Assembly: GCA_002713365.1 (NCBI GenBank)
Contig: PASR01000011.1
Coordinates: forward strand, 342,110 to 406,109
DNA length: 64,000 nt
Source of the DNA: Rhodospirillaceae bacterium
Lineage (GTDB): Bacteria > Pseudomonadota > Alphaproteobacteria > UBA6615
Direction: 5' to 3'
Below, in pieces: positions 9,856 through 19,876 of this stretch (the first letter of the stretch is position 1; each line of letters begins with the position of its first letter). The notes below the pieces were generated by a model. It searched no databases, was not told where the DNA came from, and was given only the letters and a program-made list of their open reading frames with translations. The position numbers were made by a program, and so were the translations under genes.

Positions 9856-10695
9856 ATGCCAGTTATATTTAACCAATCAGAAATAAATTATGAAAATTTG
9901 GGTTTAGGCGTTGAAGTAAAAGAATTAATAAACTTTGATAGAGTTAAATCAGACTATGTTAAAACGGAGATGTGGCATTTAGAAAATGGTGCCGAAGCTG
10001 ATTTTAGTGTTAAAAGCGATGCTCTTTCTTGGGTGCACACATTAAATGGATCCGCGTTAATTCAAACAGAATTAGGGGAGCAAGAAATAACCGAAGATTA
10101 TTTTTTATTACTACCACCTGGTTTAAAGGTAAAAATTATTAGTTTAAATGATGTAACATTATTTCGTGCAACAGTTCCAAATGCTCCACGATTTGATCAT
10201 GAATGGGACCAAAATAATATGGCTTTACGTTGTGTAAATTGGACTGAAGAACCCGTTTTAAATTCAGAATTTGATGCACGTAAAAGAATTTATATGCTGA
10301 CTCCTCAGCTTTCAGGTACCAAAGTGGCAAAGGGAGAAATGATACTTTATCCTCCAGGAACTGAAGCGGCTAATCACCACCATGAAGGAGCAGAGCATTT
10401 CCAGGTTGTTTTAAAGGGAAATGCAACGTTTTTTGTAAATGAAAAACCATATAAAATAAGTGCAGGCGACACTATATATATTTATGATAATGAAAGACAT
10501 TATTTTTTAAATGATGGTGAGGAAGAACTCTCATTTATTGAATATTTTGTGCCTGGTTTTTATAAAACAATATGGTCAGAGGGTGCTAATATCTGCACTT
10601 GGAATCCAACTGGGCAAAACATTAAAGGTGGTTTGCCTAGCAGAAAAATAGGCGCTCATTCTTCAGCAGAGGCTCATTCTAGAACAGATTTATAA
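9856..10695 (+). CDS. Cupin (bicupin) domain protein
   Basis: 279 aa. Second barrel has HHHEGAEHFQVVLKG...KISAGDTIYI. SD AGGAAG upstream. Confidence 0.65.
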   Translation: MPVIFNQSEINYENLGLGVEVKELINFDRVKSDYVKTEMWHLENGAEADFSVKSDALSWVHTLNGSALIQTELGEQEITEDYFLLLPPGLKVKIISLNDVTLFRATVPNAPRFDHEWDQNNMALRCVNWTEEPVLNSEFDARKRIYMLTPQLSGTKVAKGEMILYPPGTEAANHHHEGAEHFQVVLKGNATFFVNEKPYKISAGDTIYIYDNERHYFLNDGEEELSFIEYFVPGFYKTIWSEGANICTWNPTGQNIKGGLPSRKIGAHSSAEAHSRTDL

Positions 10696-10765
10696 TTTTT
10701 CTCAGCTTATAAGTAAGGTGTTTTATGAATCAGTTTTTATATATTGACAATACGGAGATAGGATA

Positions 10766-11629
10766 ATGATAGGAATTATTGGTGGAACTGGAAATACAGG
10801 TAGTTGTGTTGTTTCTAGTCTTAAGTCAAAAAATGCAGATTTTGTATGTTTAGCTAGAGACCCATCAGCTGCTAAAGAAAAACTTGGTGAAGATGTATCA
10901 ATAGTAAAGGCTGATATTAATGACGCTGCTAGCATAGAAACTGGATTATCAGGCTGTACTAAATTATTTCTATTGTCTGGGCATAACCCTTCAATGGCAC
11001 AACAGGAAATCTCAGTTATTGAGACTGCTGAAAGCGTTGGGGTAAAACATATAGTTAAACTTTCTGGAGGAGACGCTATCGTTCAGGAAAATACACCAGC
11101 TATGATTGGTCGAGCTCACTGGGAAATAGAGCAGGCCCTTAAATCTAGTAATATGGATTGGACTATTTTGCGGCCTGCATTTTTCATGCAAAACCTATTA
11201 AATACGGCGCCTATGGTCTTAGGACAAGCTAAGATAATGATGCCTATAATTGCAGATGTTAAGATAGCTATGATTGATGTTCGAGACACCGGTGATGTTG
11301 CTGCGTCGGTACTTACTGAGGACGGTCATAGTAAAAAAACATACTTTTTAGGTGGATATGATTATACACTTAATGATTTTTCTGACAAAATATCTGATGA
11401 GCTTGGTAATCAAATACCTTTTATCGAAATTCCGATAGAAAATGCTGTTGCTGCCATGAAAGAAAGAGGTATGCCAGACTGGTTAATTGACCATCAAGTA
11501 ACCCTAATGAAGCTTGTGAGTTCGGGTGTGGCCGCCGGTGCAAATGCTAACATTGAAAATATAAGTGGTCATAAGGCACGCTCTCTGGCCAATTTTGTGA
11601 AAGATCATATTAATATTTTTAAAGGTTAA
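10766..11629 (+). CDS. NmrA-like / NAD(P)H-binding atypical SDR
   Basis: 287 aa. IGIIGGTGNTG Rossmann motif and NmrA-like architecture. Confidence 0.75.
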   Translation: MIGIIGGTGNTGSCVVSSLKSKNADFVCLARDPSAAKEKLGEDVSIVKADINDAASIETGLSGCTKLFLLSGHNPSMAQQEISVIETAESVGVKHIVKLSGGDAIVQENTPAMIGRAHWEIEQALKSSNMDWTILRPAFFMQNLLNTAPMVLGQAKIMMPIIADVKIAMIDVRDTGDVAASVLTEDGHSKKTYFLGGYDYTLNDFSDKISDELGNQIPFIEIPIENAVAAMKERGMPDWLIDHQVTLMKLVSSGVAAGANANIENISGHKARSLANFVKDHINIFKG

Positions 11630-11824
11630 AATGGATAAATATTGGCGTATATTATAATTTATCTAAGATATAAATAAAGTTACGTTATTACTTCATAATT
11701 AACTTTACTGATAAGCTACATTACTTCTTAACTAGAAGAAATCATTAGTAATTAATGTAATTAATAATCCTTTAAAGAAATTATTTTACAGTAAATTAAT
11801 AAATGTAGTTTTATGGAGAAAAGA

Positions 11825-12715
11825 ATGAAAGTTGGCTTTATCGGTGTTGGTATTATGGGAAGCGGTATGGCCCGTAATCTTCTTAAAGCTGGATATGATG
11901 TGACTGTTTATAATAGAACGCGCTCTAAGGCAGAATCTTTATCTTCTGAGGGAGCCAATATAGCTGATGAACCAGTAGATGTTGCAAAAATTTCAGATAT
12001 ATTAATTACCGTTCTAGAAGGAGATAAATCTGTCGAAGAAGTACTTTTTAATGGAGGTATAGACCTTATTTCTAATCTACCTGAGAATGCTATTCATATA
12101 TCTATGGAAACTATCAGTGTAAATTATAGTAGACTATTAAATAAAAATCATAAGAAAAAAGGTAAGGGTTTTATTGCTGCACCGATTATAGGTCGTGGTG
12201 ATGCTGCTGAAGCTGGTGAACTTACTTTGATAGTTGGAGGTTCAGCCATAGATGTTGATAGATGCAGCTTAGTTTTTGATGCTATTAGTAAAAATTTTGT
12301 ACATGTAGGTGAAGCACCTGATATGGCGGCATTTGTTAAGCTTTCTAATAATTATCTTATTGCGGGGGCATTAGGGGCAATGGGAGAGGCTTTTGCAGTA
12401 GTTCGTAAGGCAGGAGTGGATCCACAGGTGTTTTATGATTTAATTACAACAACTATGTTTTCTGCACCAATATACAAATATTATGGTTCAAATGTAGTTA
12501 ATGATATTCACTCACCTCCAAATTTTAGAACAGAATTAGGTTTGAAAGATATAACTCAAATGATTGATAGCGCGGCTAACCTTGGGGTGCCAATGCCTCT
12601 TGGTGAGTTGCTTCAGGGCCAGATTAGCCAAACTATAGACGCAGGTGACCGAGACCTGGACTGGTCTGCAATGGCAAGGGTAGCAGCAAGAGCTGCTGGC
12701 CTGGAGGTTAAGTAA
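11825..12715 (+). CDS. HIBADH-family NAD(P)-dependent dehydrogenase (3-hydroxyisobutyrate / 2-hydroxy-3-oxopropionate reductase-like)
   Basis: MKVGFIGVGIMGSGMARNLLKAGYDVTVYNRT, the classic 6PGDH-fold N-terminus. Start placed at the ATG at 11825 with SD GGAGAAAAG. Confidence 0.8.
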   Translation: MKVGFIGVGIMGSGMARNLLKAGYDVTVYNRTRSKAESLSSEGANIADEPVDVAKISDILITVLEGDKSVEEVLFNGGIDLISNLPENAIHISMETISVNYSRLLNKNHKKKGKGFIAAPIIGRGDAAEAGELTLIVGGSAIDVDRCSLVFDAISKNFVHVGEAPDMAAFVKLSNNYLIAGALGAMGEAFAVVRKAGVDPQVFYDLITTTMFSAPIYKYYGSNVVNDIHSPPNFRTELGLKDITQMIDSAANLGVPMPLGELLQGQISQTIDAGDRDLDWSAMARVAARAAGLEVK

Positions 12716-12773
12716 CTATAATTGTTATGATAATAGTTTTGCAAATATTTATTTCTCATGATTGGGGAAGCTT

Positions 12774-13766
12774 ATGTTAAAAGCTGCAGTTATAGGACTG
12801 GGATGGTGGGGTAAACAAATAGTAACTTGTTTGTCAAATAGTAAGATTATTAACGTTACCCATGGAGTGGATGTTGACATAGATAATGTATCTAATTTTG
12901 CTTTTGAAAATGGTCTAAGTATTGACGATTCATACGATAACGTTCTGTCAAACCCCGAGATTGATGCAGTAATACTGGTTACTCCGCATTTGTTACATGA
13001 AAAGCAAGTTATCGCTGCTGCTAAGTCCGGTAAGCAAATCTTCTGTGAAAAACCTTTTGCTTTAAATAAAACAGCGGCTAAACGCATGCTTGCCGCTTGT
13101 GAGAAAAATAATATTATCGTTGGAATTGGACATGAGCGTCGTTTTGAACCCGCTTTAGAAGCTATGAAAGATTATTATGATATGGGTAAGTTTGGTACGC
13201 TTATACATATAGAGTGTAATTGGTCTCATAATAATTTTACCAAGAATGTTGCTTCGGGTTGGAGAAAAGATCCAAAACAAGCTCCGGCAGGTACTCTTAC
13301 CGCCCTAGGTGTGCACATAACAGATTATTTTCAGTCAGTTGCTGGTCCAGTGGCTAAATTGAAAGCCCAGACGGCGCATAGATCAAACCTTTTTCCGTCT
13401 AATGATATTGTTGCTGTTCAATTTACCTTCGAAAGTGGAGCGACAGGTTACATGTGCAATATTGCGACTACTCCATTCTATAGTCGTATTAATATATTTG
13501 GTGATAAAGGTTGGTGTGAGGCAAGAGAAAACTCGAATGTTGATATTCCAGAACCCGCAACCTTAACTACTCGTTGGCTCGATGAAGAGCTAACTACACA
13601 AACTTTTGCTTCGTCAAATGTAGTTAGGGCAAACTTAGAACAATGGGCTAATTCTGTTCTTGGAAATTGCGATTACAGATTTACCAATGAACAAAAACTA
13701 CATAATGTCGAAATCCTAGAGGCTATTGTAAAATCAGCTAAAAATGATAAAGAAGTTCTAGTTTGA
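12774..13766 (+). CDS. Gfo/Idh/MocA family oxidoreductase
   Basis: LKAAVIGLGWWGK N-terminal Rossmann motif and EKP motif (FCEKPFA). The track start is TTG at 12762; the ATG at 12774 is preferred. Confidence 0.8.
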   Translation: MLKAAVIGLGWWGKQIVTCLSNSKIINVTHGVDVDIDNVSNFAFENGLSIDDSYDNVLSNPEIDAVILVTPHLLHEKQVIAAAKSGKQIFCEKPFALNKTAAKRMLAACEKNNIIVGIGHERRFEPALEAMKDYYDMGKFGTLIHIECNWSHNNFTKNVASGWRKDPKQAPAGTLTALGVHITDYFQSVAGPVAKLKAQTAHRSNLFPSNDIVAVQFTFESGATGYMCNIATTPFYSRINIFGDKGWCEARENSNVDIPEPATLTTRWLDEELTTQTFASSNVVRANLEQWANSVLGNCDYRFTNEQKLHNVEILEAIVKSAKNDKEVLV

Positions 13767-13795
13767 TATCACACTAGTGCCCAAATTCATTTATA

Positions 13796-14824
13796 TCAGT
13801 GATCTTCATTCCAATGTACCATCGGTAGGCCAGCTACTGGGGATGTAAAATATGGTAAATTTGTTGAGCGGAGACTGCCGACGTAAACTGTCTTAAGATC
13901 TGGTCCTCCAAAAGTTACCGAAGCGCACCATGTTGCAATCTCTCCACCACATGAAAGTAGTAGTTCAGCATCAACTGTGCTAGCTTGAAAGGCATCGTCA
14001 AGTTTCTTAACTTCTTCGGGGTTGGAATCATCAAATATCATAACGTAATCGCCATCTGGCTTAATTACGAAAAGACCGTCCGTCATTACATGCGTACCCC
14101 AAAGATTTCCATAGGCATCGAAAGCACAACCATCTATAAACCTACCAGTATCGCTAGGGCCATAAATTTCTTTTGTACCTAAATCTCCATGATCATCAAT
14201 CTTATAACGAGCAATATTGCGTCCACACGTTTGGACAACATAGAGGTATTCTTCGTTAGCATCTAGTTTACACTCATTTGAGAAGTGAACGTCATCTGCT
14301 ACAATACGAACACCTTTATCCTCTTCATATAATAATACTCTTCCATCAATTAGGTTTTTATCAATAGCTTTGGGCCAGTCGTGTAACATTGTCGAGACTG
14401 TAATCCATATACGATTCTTACTGTCGCGACAAACAAAGTTCACTTTGCCGATGGCGTCACCATCAACAGTGTCAAACATTACTGTTGTTTCCCCATTTCT
14501 GGTCATTCTCTCAAGACAGTCAGTGCCAAAATTAGAAATCAGAATATCGCCATTACTTGCAAAGGCTAATCCGTTAGGTAAGGTACCATCAACAAACTTA
14601 TTACTATCATCAGTTGAGGTGCCAAATGCATCAGCATTATGTGATTGAGTAATGATTTGTTGGGAACCGTTAGGTGAAATCTTAACTACGCCACCTCGGG
14701 CATCAGCTGACCACAATGTTCCATTTTTTTCAGCTAAAATACATTCTGGTCTTTGTAAGCCTTCTCCAATAAAGCTAAAATCTTCCTTACTTAATCTGAA
14801 ACCATCGATTGGATTATCTGACAT
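13796..14824 (-). CDS. SMP-30/gluconolactonase/LRE-like beta-propeller hydrolase
   Basis: Repeated propeller blades. Start set to the ATG at 14824 (MSDNPIDGF). The upstream MRRRRNGRS extension runs toward the neighbouring thiolase gene and was dropped. Confidence 0.7.
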   Translation of the reverse strand: MSDNPIDGFRLSKEDFSFIGEGLQRPECILAEKNGTLWSADARGGVVKISPNGSQQIITQSHNADAFGTSTDDSNKFVDGTLPNGLAFASNGDILISNFGTDCLERMTRNGETTVMFDTVDGDAIGKVNFVCRDSKNRIWITVSTMLHDWPKAIDKNLIDGRVLLYEEDKGVRIVADDVHFSNECKLDANEEYLYVVQTCGRNIARYKIDDHGDLGTKEIYGPSDTGRFIDGCAFDAYGNLWGTHVMTDGLFVIKPDGDYVMIFDDSNPEEVKKLDDAFQASTVDAELLLSCGGEIATWCASVTFGGPDLKTVYVGSLRSTNLPYFTSPVAGLPMVHWNEDH

Positions 14825-14859
14825 TATACATAACCTCAAGTAATAATTATTATTAATTT

Positions 14860-16041
14860 TTATACTATTTCGAACAGGCCTGCTGCGCCCATTCCTCCTC
14901 CTACGCACATAGTGACTACACCATATTTCGCGCCACGTCTCTTGCCTTCAATAAGGAGATGTCCTGTTAGTCTCGCTCCACTCATCCCATAAGGATGGCC
15001 TACTGAAATAGCACCACCATTTACATTAAATTTATTTGGATCAATACCTAGATTATCTCGACAGTAAACTGTCTGGGCAGCAAAGGCTTCGTTGAGTTCC
15101 CAAAGATCAATATCATCAATGGAGAGACCAGCTTTTTGAAGAAGTTTAGGCACAGCTAAGACTGGTCCAATGCCCATTTCATCTGGTTCACAGCCCGCAA
15201 CTGCAAAACCACGGAAATAGCCAAGAGGAGACAACCCTCGCTGTTCAGCAATATCAGCATTAATGATAACACATGCTGATGCCCCATCTGAAAGCTGGCT
15301 GGCATTTCCAGGTGTTATATATCCACCTTCTTTGACAGGATTAAGCTTAGCTAAATCATTTTCATTAGTTTGGGGTCTATTACCTTCATCTTTTTCTAAA
15401 TTTACGGATTTTTCACTTATTTCCCCAGTTTCTTTGTTTTTTAAAAGCATTACTGAAGCTAGCGGTACAATCTCGTCATCAAATTTTCCCGCTTGTTGTG
15501 CTGCAGCGGTTCGCTTTTGACTTGATAGGGCGTATTCATCTTGCTTATCGCGGCTTATACTGTATCTCTCTGCAACATTTTCAGCAGTATCAAGCATATT
15601 CATGTAGATATCAGGTCTATGCTCAACTAACCAAGGATCCTCACTTTTTGGTTCGACCTGGTGTTCAGGAGGTAATTGGCTAATAACTTCTACTCCTCCT
15701 GCGACACCAATATCTATTTCTCCGACCATAATTCGTTGTGATGTCATGGCTATTGTCTGAAGACCTGAAGAACAGAAACGGTTAACGGTGGCTGCACTGG
15801 CAGTAACTGGCATACCTGCACGCATTGCGCTAACTCGTGCTACATTCATGCCTGTTTGGCCTTGGGGAAAGCCGCAACCAATTAGAATATCTTCAATCTC
15901 TAATGGATCAATCTCAGAGCGTTTTACTGCATGTTTAATAGCGTGTCCCATTAAGTCCACACCATGTGTATTATTAAACGCACCTCGATATGCTTTACCT
16001 ATTGCCGTTCTTGCAGTAGCTACTATCGCTGCTTCAGCCAT
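14860..16041 (-). CDS. Acetyl-CoA C-acyltransferase (thiolase)
   Basis: 393 aa. Thiolase signatures (NRFCSSGLQ active-site Cys region; C-terminal [11 protein letters not shown] and CVGGGMG). Confidence 0.9.
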   Translation of the reverse strand: MAEAAIVATARTAIGKAYRGAFNNTHGVDLMGHAIKHAVKRSEIDPLEIEDILIGCGFPQGQTGMNVARVSAMRAGMPVTASAATVNRFCSSGLQTIAMTSQRIMVGEIDIGVAGGVEVISQLPPEHQVEPKSEDPWLVEHRPDIYMNMLDTAENVAERYSISRDKQDEYALSSQKRTAAAQQAGKFDDEIVPLASVMLLKNKETGEISEKSVNLEKDEGNRPQTNENDLAKLNPVKEGGYITPGNASQLSDGASACVIINADIAEQRGLSPLGYFRGFAVAGCEPDEMGIGPVLAVPKLLQKAGLSIDDIDLWELNEAFAAQTVYCRDNLGIDPNKFNVNGGAISVGHPYGMSGARLTGHLLIEGKRRGAKYGVVTMCVGGGMGAAGLFEIV

Positions 16042-16078
16042 CGTTTACCGTCCTGATCAGTAATAAAATAAGTTCGAT

Positions 16079-17014
16079 TTAGAACTTAACCATGTCTCCA
16101 CCTTTAAGATCGAGTATCTCACGTGCTTCATCTGGTGAAGCAATATCCAAGGATAAGTTCTCACAAATACTACGTATCTTAGCCACTTGAGATGCGTTAG
16201 AATCAGCTAGTTCTCCTTTTGAAATGTAAAGTGAGTCTTCTAATCCAACGCGAACGCTACCTCCCATCATAGCTGATTGAGTAGTAAAGTTCATTTGGTG
16301 GCGACCAGCGGCAAGTACTGAGAAAACATAATCGTCACCAAACAACCGGTCAGCTGTAGATTTCATATGCATGAGATGATCTAATTCTGCACCAATACCA
16401 CCCATTATACCAAAAATAAATTGAAGAAATATTGGACCTTTTAGGCGGCCCGTTGAATAAAAATAATGTGTGTTATAGAGGTGACCAACATCATAGCATT
16501 CATGTTCAAATTTAACGCCACGCTTATCTGCCAATTCTGTTATAATATATTCAATTTGTTTGAAGGTGTTTGTGAAAATGAAGTCGTCAGTCATTTCTAG
16601 ATAGGGCTTTTCCCAATCATATTTCCAATCTTCATAACGCTTTGCTAGATTAAAAATACCAAAATTCATTGAACCCATATTTAGCGATGTTACTTCTGGC
16701 TCTGCTACGACTGCTGCAGCAATACGTTCATCTACTGACATGCCTAGACCACCGCCGGTAGTTATATTTACTACGGCATCTGTATTTTGTTTTATTCTTG
16801 GTAAAAATTCCATAAATACGTCTGGTGATGGGGTAGGCTTGCCATCCTCTGGATCACGCGCATGTAGATGAATTATAGAAGCTCCAGCCTCGGCTGCTTC
16901 TATTGAAGCTTGAGCTATTTCATCAGGTGTAATCGGAATATGTGGTGACATAGTCGGTGTATGAATTGCACCTGTTATTGCGCAAGAAATGATAACTTTA
17001 GTCTTCTTTGCCAT
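16079..17014 (-). CDS. Beta-keto acid cleavage enzyme (BKACE/DUF849, 3-keto-5-aminohexanoate cleavage enzyme family)
   Basis: 311 aa. N-terminus VIISCAITGAIHTP...HLHARDPEDGKP is typical of Kce/BKACE TIM-barrel enzymes. Confidence 0.8.
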   Translation of the reverse strand: MAKKTKVIISCAITGAIHTPTMSPHIPITPDEIAQASIEAAEAGASIIHLHARDPEDGKPTPSPDVFMEFLPRIKQNTDAVVNITTGGGLGMSVDERIAAAVVAEPEVTSLNMGSMNFGIFNLAKRYEDWKYDWEKPYLEMTDDFIFTNTFKQIEYIITELADKRGVKFEHECYDVGHLYNTHYFYSTGRLKGPIFLQFIFGIMGGIGAELDHLMHMKSTADRLFGDDYVFSVLAAGRHQMNFTTQSAMMGGSVRVGLEDSLYISKGELADSNASQVAKIRSICENLSLDIASPDEAREILDLKGGDMVKF

Positions 17015-17381
17015 GAGTTTCCCCCTATATTATTGTTGGCTTACTATTAATTGCCGTATTATTTTGAACCAAAGGTATATATTCCCCACTATTTTTTCTG
17101 GGTTGTTCAACAAATAATTTAACTATTTTTATCATAGTACAGATAAAAAAGTTATATGGCGATACAGTAATTATCAAATTTTTTATTTAAAAATAATTTA
17201 GCAGAATACTAAGTCAATTGTTTGACAGTATTTTTATAAAAGACCTTGTATATAAATATTCTGGAATAATCCATGTTATCTGAAGTTAATTAGTTTTTTA
17301 AAGACATAATAAATTAATAGTATATTTTGATATTACGTGCTGAATAGTAGTAAAATATTATACTTATAAAGGGAGGATACA

Positions 17382-18350
17382 ATGAAATTAGTAACATTTA
17401 CTATAGGCTCGGGAGAGCCGAGAGTTGGTGCAATTAATCTCGATGAAACACGCGTTGTTGATTTAGCAGCAGTAGATAATCAACCTTATTTTTCTGATAT
17501 GTTAGGCTTAATTGAATCAGGAGACGTGGCAGTTAATTTAGCTAAGCAGATAATTTCTTCGATAGATGAACGCAATTCACATCCTCTTGCTGATGTTAAA
17601 ATAAAATCACCAATACTAGCTCCACCACAAATACGTGATTTTTTGTGTTTTGAGGAACATTTAATTAACGCATTTGCTATGTTAAGAAAAAAGAAGGCTG
17701 AAGCAGAGCCCGATCCTATAGAAGCCCTGAAACGGTTTGAAAAAGAAGGAGCCTTTGAACCTCCCAAGATTTGGTATGAACAACCACTTTATTATAAAGC
17801 TAGTAGATTTGGTGTGATTGGAACTGATGAAGATGTTATATGGCCGCATTTTTCAGAATCTCTAGATTATGAAATGGAGTTTGGCGCCTGGCTAGGAAAG
17901 CCTGGCAAAGATGTTACGCCTGAAGAGGCTACAGATATGATTTTTGGCTACTCAATATTTAATGATATAAGTGCTAGAGATACTCAAGCTAGGGAAATGC
18001 CAGCTGGATTTGGACCCGGAAAAGGTAAAGATTTTGAAACTGGTATGATTATTGGGCCATGTATAGTTACAGCAGATTCCTTTGATCCATATAATTGTGA
18101 GTTAATAGTGCGTGTGAATGGTGATGAAGTAAGTCGCGGTAACGGTGGCAGTATGTATTGGAAATTTGAGGATTGTATCGCTCATACTTCGCGAGCAGAG
18201 ACACTATATCCTGGGGAGTTTTTTTGTTCAGGAACCGTTGGCGGAGGTTCAGGTCTAGAGCTTGATAGATTTCTTGAACCTAATGATGTTGTTGAACTAG
18301 AAGTTACGGGAATTGGAGTTCTTCGTAACCGTATTATAAGGCCTGATTAG
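17382..18350 (+). CDS. Fumarylacetoacetate hydrolase (FAH) family protein
   Basis: 322 aa. Strong SD AAGGGAGG. FAH-fold C-terminal domain. Confidence 0.75.
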   Translation: MKLVTFTIGSGEPRVGAINLDETRVVDLAAVDNQPYFSDMLGLIESGDVAVNLAKQIISSIDERNSHPLADVKIKSPILAPPQIRDFLCFEEHLINAFAMLRKKKAEAEPDPIEALKRFEKEGAFEPPKIWYEQPLYYKASRFGVIGTDEDVIWPHFSESLDYEMEFGAWLGKPGKDVTPEEATDMIFGYSIFNDISARDTQAREMPAGFGPGKGKDFETGMIIGPCIVTADSFDPYNCELIVRVNGDEVSRGNGGSMYWKFEDCIAHTSRAETLYPGEFFCSGTVGGGSGLELDRFLEPNDVVELEVTGIGVLRNRIIRPD

Positions 18351-18457
18351 GTAACAAAATTAACTACACATTAATTATGCTAGCTTATTTAAAAAGTGGC
18401 TATTGAAAATTACAGTTAAGTGACCGCGAATCTTATATATTTTATGATGGGGTAACG

Positions 18458-19639
18458 ATGGAAGAGATTTTTATACAAACAGAGGAACAAAGAGCAATAC
18501 TTGAATCGGTCCGACGTTTTGTTGAAGAGGAGGTGACGCCGCGAGCGGCTACACTTGATGCCGAACTTGATCCTGAGGATGGGTTTTCTTGGGAAATTAT
18601 TGAAGCAGCTGATAAGTTTGGTTTAAGGACAATGGCATTATCAGAAGAATATGGTGGAATGGGTACGGATTCTCTTACCACTGCTATGGTTGTTGAAGAA
18701 CTTGGACGTGGCGATCTTGGAATTTCAGTTGTATTTGCGCAAACACTGAAGATCGCTCAAATTATGGAAAAGGCACTTAATGAGGAGCAAAAGGCTCGGG
18801 CATTAATTCCATTTGTGGAAGATCCGCGGGCGATCCTTAGCATTTGTATTACTGAACCAGAAAATGCCTCTAATTATCTGGTGCCATATCCTTCATCATT
18901 TACTACTAAAGCTGAAAAAGCTGAAGGTGGGTGGATAGTAAATGGAATGAAACATTTCATTTCTAATAGTAATCGTTCCCGGTTTTTTCTTATTTTTGTG
19001 CAGACTGATAAAGATAAACCGTTTACAGAAGGGTCTAGCTGCTTCTTATTAGAAAAGGGACATCCAGGTTTTACCGTAGGTCGTGTACATGACAAAATGG
19101 GAGAACGCTTAGCAAATAATTCAGAGCTTTTTTTCGATGATTGTTTTATTCCTGAAGAAAACCTTGTGGGCCAGGTTAATAACGGATTGAAAACTCTTGG
19201 TGAATTTTTTCCACAAAGTAATGCGTATGCTGGAGCAAGTATACTGGGAGTTGCTGTAGCTTGTTATGAAAAATCTTTACACTGGGCCCAGACTAGGGTG
19301 CAGGGTGGTAAACCCTTAATTGAACATGATGGTATAAGAGCTCAAATTGCTGAGATGAAAATGCTTATCGATGCTTCCCGAGCGTATATACACCGTGCTG
19401 CATGGTTGGCGGACCATCAGGAATATGGATGGGACCTTTCATTAGGTGCACTACCCAAGGTTATGGCGTCACAGGCTGCATGGAAAATCGCTACTTGGAC
19501 TCTAGAGATCCATGGTGGTCATGGTTATATGAAAGAGGCAGGTGTTGAGAAATTGATCAGAGACTCTGCAGCTTTTTTACACTCAGATGGTGTCAATAGA
19601 ACGTTATTGCTTCGCGCGGCTAACTTTATGGAATGGTAA
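18458..19639 (+). CDS. Acyl-CoA dehydrogenase family protein
   Basis: 393 aa with ACAD N-terminal, middle and C-terminal domain architecture. Confidence 0.8.
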   Translation: MEEIFIQTEEQRAILESVRRFVEEEVTPRAATLDAELDPEDGFSWEIIEAADKFGLRTMALSEEYGGMGTDSLTTAMVVEELGRGDLGISVVFAQTLKIAQIMEKALNEEQKARALIPFVEDPRAILSICITEPENASNYLVPYPSSFTTKAEKAEGGWIVNGMKHFISNSNRSRFFLIFVQTDKDKPFTEGSSCFLLEKGHPGFTVGRVHDKMGERLANNSELFFDDCFIPEENLVGQVNNGLKTLGEFFPQSNAYAGASILGVAVACYEKSLHWAQTRVQGGKPLIEHDGIRAQIAEMKMLIDASRAYIHRAAWLADHQEYGWDLSLGALPKVMASQAAWKIATWTLEIHGGHGYMKEAGVEKLIRDSAAFLHSDGVNRTLLLRAANFMEW

Positions 19640-19876
19640 TTATTATTACTTAAGTTAGTCAAAAAGTAATTACAGTTTTTTTATGAATGTTGCTACGCTA
19701 CGACAAAAATATAATTGAGGAAACATTTAATGTCGAAATTGCAATATACCAAGGGTTTACATGGTTTAGGCAATGGTGTTTTTGCATGTTTTCACCCTGA
19801 TGTAATGAAAAAAAGCTGAAGGCATGGCTGGTTCTCATAAATAAATAATAATAGCAAAGGTATAAGGGTTAATATT

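Noticed and set aside
12749-13087. 112-aa minus-strand ORF
   Set aside because: Antisense to the 5' part of the Gfo/Idh/MocA gene.
13985-14843. Three 63-92-aa plus-strand ORFs
   Set aside because: Antisense within the SMP-30-like gene.
14825-14908. MRRRRNGRS... N-terminal extension of the SMP-30-like ORF
   Set aside because: Arg-rich junk leader running toward the thiolase stop at 14860. The in-frame ATG at 14824 begins the conserved domain.
15263-16063. Three 61-91-aa plus-strand ORFs
   Set aside because: Antisense within the thiolase gene.
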